Part shown: positions 9,043 through 18,599 of the stretch, piece by piece
How the letters are laid out: every line of letters begins with the position of its first letter
How positions within the stretch are numbered: the stretch's first letter is position 1
DNA from: an uncultured Propionimicrobium sp.
GTDB taxonomy: Bacteria; Actinomycetota; Actinomycetes; Propionibacteriales; Propionibacteriaceae
Direction of reading: 5' to 3'
Length of the DNA: 64,000 bases
Assembly (NCBI GenBank): GCA_946221385.1
Contig: CAMIGX010000002.1
Span: 10,824 to 74,823, forward strand
Program-made: the position numbers and the translations under genes
The notes under the pieces: model-generated
Told to the model about the DNA's origin: nothing
Seen by the model: the letters and a program-made list of their open reading frames with translations, nothing else
Databases searched by the model: none

Positions 9043-11191
9043 ATCTGGCCTCCTCTAGCTCTGGGTGGGTGGCGTAGCTGTGCTGGGTACCTGGTACGTA
9101 ACTCATCACCGGCTTGGTCTCCCGACCAATCTCAGGATGCGAAGACCGCGGCGAGAAGCGGTCGCCGGGGACGAAGTCACGCGGCGACGGGACGACACCT
9201 GGGATCTGGTGCAGCCGTTCGCCGCCGTCTTCGATTGACAGCACCGCGCCCAGCAGACCGCGGGTGTATTCGTGCCGCGGGTCGCTCATCAGCTCGGTGG
9301 TGGTACCGGTCTCGACGACTTGCCCGGCGTACATCACGGTGATGCGGTGCGCCAACTGCGCGACCAGAGCCAAGTCGTGAGAGACGAAGACCATGGCGAA
9401 ACCGAGCTTTTCACGCAGCTCATTGAGCAAGTCGACGACCTGCTGTTGGACGGTGACGTCCAGCGCGGTGGTCGGTTCGTCAGCGATGACCAGCTTGGGA
9501 TCACGCGTCAAGCCCATGGCGATTAGCACGCGCTGGCGCTGGCCGCCAGATAATTCGTGCGGATAGCTGGCTAGTGTCCGCTTTGGATCTAGACCCACCA
9601 GATGCAGCAGCTCTTCGGCGCTGCGGGTACCGCCGCGCTTGGTCAACTGCGCCATCTGATTCTTGATCAGCATCGACGGGTTCAGCGAGCTGAGCGCGTC
9701 CTGATAGATCATGCTCATGCCCTTGCCGCGCAGCTCATTGCGCTGCTGGGGGGACATCCGCAGCAGATCTTGGCCGTCGAAGATGATCTCGCCTTGGATG
9801 CGGGCGGTCGGTGGCAGCAGACCCATGATCGCCAGCGAGGTGATCGACTTGCCACAGCCAGATTCGCCCACCAAGCCCATCGTCTCGCCCGGACGCACCG
9901 AGTACGAGACATGGTCGACGATGTTGACGTCGCCGTGTGCACCCGGGAATGCGATGCACAAGTCACGCACCTCCAGCAGCGGGGCGGGCGAATCGACCGG
10001 GTTGTAGATGAGCCGATCGGTGCGGGCCAATTCGACCTCACGCAGTTGGGTCAGGCGCTTGCCGAGTAGTTCCATCGAGCCGCCGACGATCGCCTTCGGC
10101 GCGGTGGTGTCCAGTCCGGCTGCGCCAGCTCCGGTGACGTCAGCGACCATTTCGTAGGCGCCGGGATCGAGCTTGAGGTCGGGCTCGGCGTTCTCGGCGA
10201 CGGTGTCCTGCGTGGCGACGGCGTCGTCGGTGACGGCCAGCGTCTGCGCCTCATTAGGATCGACGATCTTGGCCGGCTTGCGGGCCGCCGGCGCGACCAT
10301 CGCGTCAGTCATGCCCTCGCTGAGCACGTTCAAACACAGCACCGTGATCAAGATGAACAAGCCCGGGAAGAAGGTCGGCCACCAACGCCCCGACAGCAGC
10401 AGCTGCTTGCCGTCAGCGAGGATATTGCCCCACGACGGCTCAGGCGGGGTGATGCCGGCGTTGATGAAGCTCAGGGACGCTTCGAAGACGATCGCGTCAG
10501 CGACCAGGACGGTCGCGAAGACCAAGACCGGCGCGATGCAGTTCCGGGCGACGTGCTTCATGATGATCCACCACGTCGAAGCACCGACCACTCGGGAGGC
10601 AGAGACATAGTCTTCGCCATACTGGGCCAGCACATTGGCGCGCACCACGCGGGTGATCTGTGGCACGTAGAGGAAAGCGATCGCGAAGATCAGCACTGGT
10701 AGCCGGGGAATCGGCTGGCCGTCAGCGGTCTTCGAGAAGGCCGCGACGAAAGCCGCCGCCAGCGCGATGCCGGGGAAGCTCATGATGATGTCGAGGATGC
10801 GCATCAGCACCTCGGCGACAACCTTGTTTGCCGTCGCAGCGATCGACCCGAGCACGGCGGCGAGGACCAACGCCAAGCCGGTGGCGCACAGACCGATGGT
10901 CAGCGATTTGCGAGCACCGAAGACCACTCGGGTGAAGATGTCACGGCCGATGGCGTCGGTGCCGAACCAGAAATCAGCGCTCGGGCCGACGACCGGACCG
11001 AGGCTCGGGTCGTAACCACGGGAACTGGGCAGGCCAGTCTCTTGGGGGCCATATGGAGTCAGCAGTGGACCAAAGATGGCCAGCAGGATGATCAAGCCCA
11101 AGATGCCGAGCGCGATCTTGGAACCGACACTCATCTGCCCGATACGAGCACCTGGATTCTTGATCAGACGTTCAGTCAGCGATTTACGCAT
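9032..11191 (-). CDS. fused ABC permease (DppC-like) and ATP-binding (DppD-like) protein
   Basis: N-terminal ~300 aa with permease TM helices and an ABC-permease EAA-like region; C-terminal ~330 aa with Walker A GESGCGKS, LSGGQRQR, ADEPTTALD. Confidence 0.75.
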   Translation of the reverse strand: MRKSLTERLIKNPGARIGQMSVGSKIALGILGLIILLAIFGPLLTPYGPQETGLPSSRGYDPSLGPVVGPSADFWFGTDAIGRDIFTRVVFGARKSLTIGLCATGLALVLAAVLGSIAATANKVVAEVLMRILDIIMSFPGIALAAAFVAAFSKTADGQPIPRLPVLIFAIAFLYVPQITRVVRANVLAQYGEDYVSASRVVGASTWWIIMKHVARNCIAPVLVFATVLVADAIVFEASLSFINAGITPPEPSWGNILADGKQLLLSGRWWPTFFPGLFILITVLCLNVLSEGMTDAMVAPAARKPAKIVDPNEAQTLAVTDDAVATQDTVAENAEPDLKLDPGAYEMVADVTGAGAAGLDTTAPKAIVGGSMELLGKRLTQLREVELARTDRLIYNPVDSPAPLLEVRDLCIAFPGAHGDVNIVDHVSYSVRPGETMGLVGESGCGKSITSLAIMGLLPPTARIQGEIIFDGQDLLRMSPQQRNELRGKGMSMIYQDALSSLNPSMLIKNQMAQLTKRGGTRSAEELLHLVGLDPKRTLASYPHELSGGQRQRVLIAMGLTRDPKLVIADEPTTALDVTVQQQVVDLLNELREKLGFAMVFVSHDLALVAQLAHRITVMYAGQVVETGTTTELMSDPRHEYTRGLLGAVLSIEDGGERLHQIPGVVPSPRDFVPGDRFSPRSSHPEIGRETKPVMSYVPGTQHSYATHPELEEARYGN

Positions 11192-11194
11192 GAT

Positions 11195-12160
11195 TTACAC
11201 GCTCCTGATCCGCGGGTTGACGACGACGTAGAGCATGTCAACCAAGATGTTGATGACGATGAAGGCGATGGCTACGGTCAAGGTGACGCCTTGGACGAGG
11301 AAGACGTCATTGCGGTTGACGCCGTCCAAGATCAATTGACCCATGGCCTGGATGTTGAAGATGATCTCGATGATGACCGCGCCACCCATCAGATAGCCCA
11401 CGCGCAAGCCGAGCACGGTGATCGGGGTGATCAACGCGTTGCGCAGCACGTTGCGGCCGATGACGACCGGACGCGGAATGCCGGCGCCGATCGCGGTGCG
11501 GACATAGTCTTTGTCGAGTTCTTCGACCATCGACGTGCGCACCACACGAGTCAACGAACCAATGACGGGAACAGCCAAGGCGACCGCCGGCAAGGTAATG
11601 TTGTTGAGCCAGACCGTCGGATTTTCTGCGAACGGCACCCACGTCTTAATCAGCGCCGGATAGACCCCAGCACCACCCGGCACATCGCCTAGCCACTGGA
11701 TCAGCAGCAGCGCCAGCCAGAACGATGGCGTCGCCAAGGCCGCGATCGACAAGACGCGAATCAATTGGTCGGGCCAGCGGTCGCGATAGAGCGCAGCGAT
11801 GATGCCGAAGATCAACGCGAAGATGATCGCGATGAAAAGACCGACGAAGGTCAGCTGCAAGGTGATCGGGAAGGCCTTAGCGACCAACTCCGTCACTGGC
11901 ACGTTGCCAGATGACGTGCCCAGATCGCCGCGCAGCAGGCCGCCCATGAAGTTCAGATATTGCTGCCATAGCGGCAGGTTGAGGCCGTGCTCGACGCGAT
12001 ATTGCTCGAGCGCCTCTTGGCTGGCGCCTTCGCCCAGCGCGAGCCGGGCCGGGTCAGCTGGCGAAAAACTCATGATCACGAAGACCAGCAAGGTGATGCC
12101 GATGATCATGACCGGCAACGCGACTAGCCGTCGCCCAATCAGACGAAGAAGTTGGCTCAT
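11195..12160 (-). CDS. ABC transporter permease (DppB-like)
   Basis: Six TM helices and a binding-protein-dependent transport signature region; same operon as the ATPase genes. Confidence 0.8.
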   Translation of the reverse strand: MSQLLRLIGRRLVALPVMIIGITLLVFVIMSFSPADPARLALGEGASQEALEQYRVEHGLNLPLWQQYLNFMGGLLRGDLGTSSGNVPVTELVAKAFPITLQLTFVGLFIAIIFALIFGIIAALYRDRWPDQLIRVLSIAALATPSFWLALLLIQWLGDVPGGAGVYPALIKTWVPFAENPTVWLNNITLPAVALAVPVIGSLTRVVRTSMVEELDKDYVRTAIGAGIPRPVVIGRNVLRNALITPITVLGLRVGYLMGGAVIIEIIFNIQAMGQLILDGVNRNDVFLVQGVTLTVAIAFIVINILVDMLYVVVNPRIRSV

Positions 12161-12281
12161 GACCTCTCGATTGCTCAGGTTGCAGAGGGTTTTTGCGACG
12201 ACCCGTCAACACTGACGAGCGGTCGAGGGAAAGATAGTCAGCGCGGGGCCCGTCAACACTGACGAGCCCCGCACTAGCAAA

Positions 12282-13916
12282 TTACTTAGTGGTACCGACG
12301 TTGGAGAAGGTGAAGCCGGTCTGGCTGATCGGCTTGAAGCCGACGAGCGTCTTGGCATCGTAGGCGGTGGGCACCTTGCGGTGGAACAACGGATACAGCG
12401 GAACGTTCTCGCTGATCACATCGTAGATCTCGCCCCACAGCTTCTTCTGCTCGTCGCCAGTAGCGGCACGAGCCTTGTCGAGCAGCTCTTGCACCTTCTT
12501 GTAAGAATCCTGGCCCTTCCAGTGCATCCGGGAGTCGGTCCAGGTGTCACCGGCGTACCACCAGCGCAGCAGCAGGTCAGCGTCACCACCGAACACCGAA
12601 GGATCGCCAGGAGCGACCACGATGTCGAAGGCTTCCGGCTTGCCGTCGATGGTGTTGTAGACGTTCGCCGAGGTCATTTCGGTGAATTCGACCTGGACGC
12701 CAGCGGCTTCCAAGGACTCCTTCAGAATCGGAGTGACCGGCTTCAACCAGTCGTGGTTGGTGACCAGCATGCGCACCTTGGTCAGGCCAGTCTCCTTGAA
12801 CAGCGCCTTGGCCTTCTCCACGTCCTTGTCGTAGACGACCTTGGCCTTCTTGTAGGACGGGTGGTTCTCCGGGACGAAGCAGGAGACCTTCGAAGCGTTG
12901 CCCAGGAAGGCGGTCGAGATGACCTTGTCCATATCGAAGGAGTAGAGCACGGCCTGACGGTTCTTGACGTTGTCCATCGGCGCAGAGCCGCAGTTGAACA
13001 TCACGAAAGCCAGGTTGAAGCCCTGCACCGAATCGACAGTGGCGCTGGACTTGAGAGTGTCGATGGACAGGTACGGCACCGAGTCGATGACCTGCACCGA
13101 ACCCGAGGTGATGGCGTTGGTACGCGTCGAGGCGTCCGGGACGACCTTCCAGACCATCTTGGGCGCCTTGGCCGGACGCTTGCCGGTATAGTCGGCGAAC
13201 TTCTCGAAGACGACTTCCTTGGATGCTGCCGAGTTGTCGGTCATCTTCCACGGACCAGTACCGATCGGGTTCGCAGCGAAGGCCTTGGCGTCAGCTTCAA
13301 CGATCTTCTTGGGGACGATCTTGACCACGGCCAGGCGCTCAGCGACCAGCGAGAAGGGGAACTTCAGCTCGAAGGCGACGGTCTTGTCGTCCTTCTTGGT
13401 GACCTTGTCGATGAAGGAGATGAACTGGACGTACAGCGACTTGTTCGCCGGGTCCATGACGCGCTCGAAGCTGAAGATGACGTCCTCGACAGTGACGGGA
13501 TCGCCGTTGTGGAACTTAGCGCCGTCGCGCAAGCTCACCTCGTAGTGGGTGTCGTCGATCTTCTTGGGCAGATCGGCACCCAAAGCAGCGTAGGGCTTGG
13601 AGTTGTCGGCGAAATCGAGCTCGGTCAAGCCCTCCATGGTGTGCCAGTTAGCAGCCAAGGTGAGCGCCGCGGTGGTGCTCATCGGGTCGAAACCGTTGGT
13701 GCCCAATTCGTAGGAAATACCAGCAGTAATGGTGCCGTTGGGGTTAGCGGACTGTTGCGCCGGCGCTTCGCCAGTCTGCGAGGTCTGCTTGTTCGGGTTG
13801 TCGCTACCCCCGCCACAGGCGGTCAGGCTCGTCACCGCAGCAGCAGCACCGACGGCGGCCATGCCCTTGAACAGTGAACGGCGGCTAGCTGGACGCTGGA
13901 AAATTTCTGATCCCAT
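12282..13916 (-). CDS. ABC transporter substrate-binding lipoprotein (solute-binding family 5); candidate sialic-acid-binding component
   Basis: Signal peptide with lipobox LTAC-GGG; about 540 aa, family-5 SBP-like; AAGGAG RBS. Sialic-acid specificity is inferred only from the neighbouring nanA/nanE/nagB genes. Confidence 0.75.
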   Translation of the reverse strand: MGSEIFQRPASRRSLFKGMAAVGAAAAVTSLTACGGGSDNPNKQTSQTGEAPAQQSANPNGTITAGISYELGTNGFDPMSTTAALTLAANWHTMEGLTELDFADNSKPYAALGADLPKKIDDTHYEVSLRDGAKFHNGDPVTVEDVIFSFERVMDPANKSLYVQFISFIDKVTKKDDKTVAFELKFPFSLVAERLAVVKIVPKKIVEADAKAFAANPIGTGPWKMTDNSAASKEVVFEKFADYTGKRPAKAPKMVWKVVPDASTRTNAITSGSVQVIDSVPYLSIDTLKSSATVDSVQGFNLAFVMFNCGSAPMDNVKNRQAVLYSFDMDKVISTAFLGNASKVSCFVPENHPSYKKAKVVYDKDVEKAKALFKETGLTKVRMLVTNHDWLKPVTPILKESLEAAGVQVEFTEMTSANVYNTIDGKPEAFDIVVAPGDPSVFGGDADLLLRWWYAGDTWTDSRMHWKGQDSYKKVQELLDKARAATGDEQKKLWGEIYDVISENVPLYPLFHRKVPTAYDAKTLVGFKPISQTGFTFSNVGTTK

Positions 13917-14137
13917 GGAGGCTCCTTTGCACGTCAGACATCAGATCTCTTCTGATATTAAGCAATCACGCGGCCATGAATCAAGACCCTCCGGTAACGA
14001 TTGGGTTACTCCCAGCCGTAGCCAAGGTGACCAGTCCCGGTTTCCAGCACTAGCAGCCTTGGCTGGACGTCAGACCTCTGGGCTAGGCTGGGACAGATCG
14101 CAATGCCGCGCGATATGGAATATTTCGAGGGGTCCGC

Positions 14138-14869
14138 ATGGCAATTGGCACTAGAGACGTGTCAGCCTCCGTCACCGACCAAATCACACAGCTGATCGTG
14201 GAGCGCGATCTAAAACCTGGCGATCCGATGCCGACCGAGTTCGAACTGTGTGAGCAGATGGGAGTCTCCCGCTCATCGGTGCGCGAAGCGGTACGGACGC
14301 TGGCAGCCTTGGACATCGTCGACGTGCGACATGGGACGGGCACCTTTGTCGGCCATTTGAGCCTGCAGCCACTTGTGAACTCGATCGCACTGCGATCATC
14401 GATAGCCCCCGGGGAGGCGAATGCATCGCTGCGCGAAATCGTCGAGGTGCGACTCGCGCTCGACCTCGGCTTCGCCCGGACGATTTGCGCTTCATTGCAG
14501 GGCAAGACACATCCCGAACTTGAGGGGCTGGTCGCCGAGATGGCGGAGCTTTCAGATCGGGGCGAAAGTTTCGCCGGCCAAGATCGGCGCTTTCATCGGC
14601 TGCTAGCCCAACAGTCAGGCAATCAGTTGATGACTGATCTGATTGACGCTTTCTGGGCGGTTCATACGCAGATGCTGACCAACCAAGGCCTGCCGACCCC
14701 TGACGACATTCGCAACACTGCCCAGGCCCATGGCGCGATGTTGCACGCGGCGCAAAGTGGCGACGTCAACGCGTTCCGGGTCGCCGTCAGCGAACATTAC
14801 GCTCCGCTGTTGGCGGTCTTGGATCGCTCCGAAGACGAACACCTGGCCAAGATCGAGGACGCAAAATGA
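14138..14869 (+). CDS. GntR-family (FadR/FCD subfamily) transcriptional regulator; candidate NanR
   Basis: N-terminal GntR HTH (...EFELCEQMGVSRSSVREAVRTLA...) with a C-terminal FCD-type domain. Divergent from the ABC importer operon. Confidence 0.65.
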   Translation: MAIGTRDVSASVTDQITQLIVERDLKPGDPMPTEFELCEQMGVSRSSVREAVRTLAALDIVDVRHGTGTFVGHLSLQPLVNSIALRSSIAPGEANASLREIVEVRLALDLGFARTICASLQGKTHPELEGLVAEMAELSDRGESFAGQDRRFHRLLAQQSGNQLMTDLIDAFWAVHTQMLTNQGLPTPDDIRNTAQAHGAMLHAAQSGDVNAFRVAVSEHYAPLLAVLDRSEDEHLAKIEDAK

Positions 14870-15810
14870 GCGAATGTCTGCTGTGCATCGATGCTGGTCA
14901 GACTGGTGTCCGGGGCGAACTGTTCACGTTAAATCCCGACGGGCAGATCGCTGATTTAGTCGCTGAGCTGGATGCGCCAGGACTGCAGAGTAACCGGCCG
15001 GCGCTGAATCAACTGTCACAGCTGGTGGTCCGTGCCGCCGACCAGAGCCCAGCCGACAGCAGGCTGAGCGTCGTCAGCGCTGGCGTATCTGGTATCTCCG
15101 CTGACGAAGACGTCGAACGCTGGCTGGCTGAGCTACCGGTCGAAGTGTCCAGGGTCGTCGTAGCGCATGATTCGATCACTAGCTATCTGGCTGCACTCGG
15201 CGATCGGCACGGCGCCGTCATCGCTTGTGGCACCGGAGTGGTGACCTTGGCGGTTGGCCCCGACGGTCTGACCCGCGTCGACGGCTGGGGGCATCTGCTG
15301 GGCGATGCGGGCAGCGGATTTTGGATCGGTCGAGCGGGTCTGGATTTGGTGATGCGCGCCTATGACGGACGAGCTGCGGCTACGACGTTGACCGAGCCAG
15401 TGCGCGCAGAATTCCCGGACCTGGAAGAGATGTATCTGCTCTTGCAGCGCGATCCGGCGCGGGTGTCGAAGATCGCGAGCTATGCGAAATTAGTCAGCGA
15501 ACATGCCGCAGCCGGTGACGAAGGTTGCCAGCGTATCCTGGCCGACGCCGGACGAGAACTGGCCACCTCGGTGCTCGCTGCTTTGGCGCGAGTTGGCTTA
15601 GCTGAGGCAGAATCGCCAGCCATTGGTCTGGTCGGCATGGTCTTTGAGTCGCCTGGTCTGCGGGATGCCTTCGAAACTGCCGTGCGCGAGCATCATGGGC
15701 ACGCTCAGTTCATCCGTGCCGCCAAGCGCGGGCTGGCTGGAGCGCGCGCCTTAGCGAGTCTGGCGACGGATTCCACCTTGGTCGACGCTGTGCTAACCGC
15801 TCGCCGCTGA
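14866..15810 (+). CDS. BadF/BadG/BcrA/BcrD-type ATPase (N-acetylmannosamine/N-acetylglucosamine kinase-like)
   Basis: N-terminal LCIDAGQTGVRGE phosphate-1 motif and DAGSGFWIG motif typical of BadF-type sugar kinases. Translationally coupled to the GntR gene (ATGA overlap). Confidence 0.55.
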   Translation: MSECLLCIDAGQTGVRGELFTLNPDGQIADLVAELDAPGLQSNRPALNQLSQLVVRAADQSPADSRLSVVSAGVSGISADEDVERWLAELPVEVSRVVVAHDSITSYLAALGDRHGAVIACGTGVVTLAVGPDGLTRVDGWGHLLGDAGSGFWIGRAGLDLVMRAYDGRAAATTLTEPVRAEFPDLEEMYLLLQRDPARVSKIASYAKLVSEHAAAGDEGCQRILADAGRELATSVLAALARVGLAEAESPAIGLVGMVFESPGLRDAFETAVREHHGHAQFIRAAKRGLAGARALASLATDSTLVDAVLTARR

Positions 15811-15822
15811 TAGCCTGAGCCT

Positions 15823-17010
15823 ATGCCACGATTTGAGCCATTTCGCGCGCTGCGTTATTCGTCCTCGGGTCACCTCGATAAGGTGGTGGCGCCGCCTGCT
15901 GACGTCATCGGCAAGAAGGACGTGCAGGCGCTGCGCGAGCTCGATCAGCACAACATCTCTTGGGTGCAGTATCCGAACGGCGGCAAGAAATTTCAGACTG
16001 CGGCATATCGGCTCGAGGAGTGGGAATCCGGCGCACATCTGACGCGCGAGACCGTCCCGAGCTTGACGATCTATCGCATCGCCTATCGCACTGAAACTGG
16101 CGATCCACGTCAATTGAGCGGCGTGGTCGGCGCGCTGGAATTGGACGAGGACTCCTTCAGTTTGGCGCAGACACCGCGCGAACAAGACATCTCTGAGCAG
16201 CTGGAGTTGCTGCAGGTCAGCGGCACGGAGCTTGAGCCGACCTGGGCGATGGCTGACGCCAAGGGATTACAAGCCGCCTTGCATGAGTCGGGCGAATTGA
16301 TTGGGCGGGTCCAATATGGCGACGTCGTTCACACCATTGAACGGATCATTGATCCAGACCGCATTGAATTAATTTGCCGCTTGATTTCGCGTTCTGATGT
16401 CACGTTGGCCGCTGGGGTGCACAATTTCAAGACCGCACTGGAATATCGCAAACAAATTCGTGCCATTACTGGTTCGCGTAATACCGCGGCGGAATTCACG
16501 ATGGCTTTCGTCACAGATTTACATGAGCAGTCCGTCGAATTTCTGGCGACGCATCGGTTCTTGGATGGGCTTTCGCACGAGAAACTGCGCAAGCAGCTTT
16601 CTGGGGTATTCACTTTCGAGCCATTCGAGGGGCCAATTACTCGGCACATTTTGAATGAGATGGTCGCACTCGATCGGCTGGTATTGGTCAGTCCGAACGG
16701 CAATGGCACCTGGCTGGTGCCGCGTCCCGGAGCGTTCACTGGCGTGCGCAAACTCGACTCCGCATGGCTCGAGCACGCCTTCGCCGGCAGCTTCGTCGAG
16801 CTTTCGACTCAACCCAATTTTGATTGGCTGCTCGCCGATGTGCGTCACCATAAGGGCGCGATCTTGGTTCGTCCCGCCAGCGCCGAGGACTATCTGGAGG
16901 CCATTGACGGCGACCTGGCGCCGGCCGAGACCGTCGCGCTGTCGCCGCGTCCGTACGCAGGCATGGTGCTACGTCCGACTGTCCAGGTTTCATCGCAGAA
17001 TTCAAAATAG
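15823..17010 (+). CDS. DUF1015-family protein
   Basis: N-terminus MPRFEPFRALRY... matches the characteristic DUF1015 start; about 395 aa. Confidence 0.5.
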   Translation: MPRFEPFRALRYSSSGHLDKVVAPPADVIGKKDVQALRELDQHNISWVQYPNGGKKFQTAAYRLEEWESGAHLTRETVPSLTIYRIAYRTETGDPRQLSGVVGALELDEDSFSLAQTPREQDISEQLELLQVSGTELEPTWAMADAKGLQAALHESGELIGRVQYGDVVHTIERIIDPDRIELICRLISRSDVTLAAGVHNFKTALEYRKQIRAITGSRNTAAEFTMAFVTDLHEQSVEFLATHRFLDGLSHEKLRKQLSGVFTFEPFEGPITRHILNEMVALDRLVLVSPNGNGTWLVPRPGAFTGVRKLDSAWLEHAFAGSFVELSTQPNFDWLLADVRHHKGAILVRPASAEDYLEAIDGDLAPAETVALSPRPYAGMVLRPTVQVSSQNSK

Positions 17011-17032
17011 AAACTCGAATAAAGGAAACAAA

Positions 17033-18547
17033 ATGGCTAGCCGCATTGACAATGAAGTATTCGCCTCGAAGGTCATGGACGCCGCCAGCGCGGCTGCCCT
17101 GATCGAACCCGGATCCAAGATCGGATTCTCGGGCTTCACCGGCGCGGGTTACCCGAAGGCTCTTCCGGTAGCTTTAGCCACCCGCATCCGCGAGCTGCGC
17201 GCTAAGGGCGAGGACTTCAAGATCGAGGTCTTCACTGGTGCCTCAACCGCACCCGAGCTCGATGGCGAGCTCGCCGAATCCGGCGGCGTCTATCGCCGTT
17301 CGCCGTACCAGTCGGATCCGACGTTACGTTCGCGGATCAATTCGGGCGAGATCAATTACATCGACGCCCACCTGTCACATCTACCTCGCCAAGTCGGTAT
17401 GGGCATGTGGGGCGAGCTGGACTACGCAGTCGTGGAAGCGACGATGATCGATGCTGAGGGTCACGTCGTCCCAAGCTCTTCGGTCGGCGCCAGCAATACC
17501 TATCTGAACCGCGCCAAGAAGATCATCCTTGAGGTCAATTCCTGGCAAAGCGAAGACCTGTTTGGGCTGCACGACGTGTTCAATATGGACATCACCCCGC
17601 CTAACACTCCCATCATTCCGATCACCCATCCTGGCGATCTGGTCGGCGACAAGTGGTTCACCATCGATCCCGAGAAGGTCGTCGCGGTTATCGAGACCGA
17701 CGCCGCGGATCGTAACAGTGAATTCAAACCTCTAGATGACGATTCGCGCAAGATCGCTGGCTACCTGCTCGATCTGCTCGAGCACGAGGTCAAGATGGGC
17801 CGGCAGCCGGAGAACCTATGCCCGATGCAGTCTGGCGTGGGTAATATCGCAAACGCGGTTCTTGAAGGTCTGCTGGACGCACCCTTCGAAGGCATGACCA
17901 GCTACACCGAGGTCATCCAAGACGGCATGATTCGGCTGATCGACGCCGGCAAGATCTCGGTGGCTTCGGCTACCGCCTTCTCGCTAAGCCCAGACGCAGC
18001 CGACTACATGAATGAAAACGCTCGCGACTACCAAGGCAAGATCATTCTGCGTCCGCAAGACGTCTCCAACCATCCTGAGGTAATTCGCCGGCTTGGCGTC
18101 ATCTCTTGCAATGGCATGATCGAGGCCGACATCTACGGCAACGTGAACTCGACCCACATCATGGGCACCCGGATGCAAAATGGCATCGGCGGCTCGGGTG
18201 ACTTCACTCGTAACGCGGGCTTGTCGATCTTCGTCAGCCCGTCGACGGCCAAGGGCGGCGCGATCTCTGCGGTCGTGCCGATGGTCAGCCACCACGACCA
18301 CACCGAGCATGACGTCAACGTCATCATCACCGAGTACGGAGTCGCCGATCTGCGTGGCCTGGCGCCGCGTCAACGGGCCAAGGTCGTCATCGACAACTGT
18401 GCGCACCCGGATTACCGCGCTGAGTTGCATGACTACTACGAGCGTGCACTGAAGGTCTCCAAGGGCATTCACACTCCGCACGTGCTGCCCGAGACGCTCA
18501 GCTGGCACCAGCGCTTCCTCGAAACTGGCACGATGAAGAAGAGCTGA
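17033..18547 (+). CDS. acetyl-CoA hydrolase/transferase-family protein (succinyl-CoA:acetate CoA-transferase-like)
   Basis: Start placed at MASRIDNEVF, with an AAGGA RBS 7 nt upstream; the longer ORF would overlap the DUF1015 gene. About 504 aa with two-domain CoA-transferase character. Confidence 0.7.
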   Translation: MASRIDNEVFASKVMDAASAAALIEPGSKIGFSGFTGAGYPKALPVALATRIRELRAKGEDFKIEVFTGASTAPELDGELAESGGVYRRSPYQSDPTLRSRINSGEINYIDAHLSHLPRQVGMGMWGELDYAVVEATMIDAEGHVVPSSSVGASNTYLNRAKKIILEVNSWQSEDLFGLHDVFNMDITPPNTPIIPITHPGDLVGDKWFTIDPEKVVAVIETDAADRNSEFKPLDDDSRKIAGYLLDLLEHEVKMGRQPENLCPMQSGVGNIANAVLEGLLDAPFEGMTSYTEVIQDGMIRLIDAGKISVASATAFSLSPDAADYMNENARDYQGKIILRPQDVSNHPEVIRRLGVISCNGMIEADIYGNVNSTHIMGTRMQNGIGGSGDFTRNAGLSIFVSPSTAKGGAISAVVPMVSHHDHTEHDVNVIITEYGVADLRGLAPRQRAKVVIDNCAHPDYRAELHDYYERALKVSKGIHTPHVLPETLSWHQRFLETGTMKKS

Positions 18548-18599
18548 CCTAGAGTCGGCTCAGCACTCCACTCCCCCATCCCCCAAAGGAGTCCTAGCC

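Noticed and set aside
12381-13877. 498-aa plus-strand ORF antisense to the substrate-binding protein gene (and similar long antisense ORFs such as 367..885, 6487..7032, 15793..16185, 37123..37488)
   Set aside because: Typical high-GC antisense open frames: Gly/Val/Arg/Asp-rich translations with no motifs, no RBS, fully overlapping well-supported genes on the other strand.
16655-17032. Upstream in-frame extension of the acetyl-CoA transferase ORF (start at 16655)
   Set aside because: The extension overlaps the DUF1015 gene in another frame and is Arg/Pro-rich nonsense. A strong AAGGA RBS precedes the ATG at 17033, which begins a typical family N-terminus.
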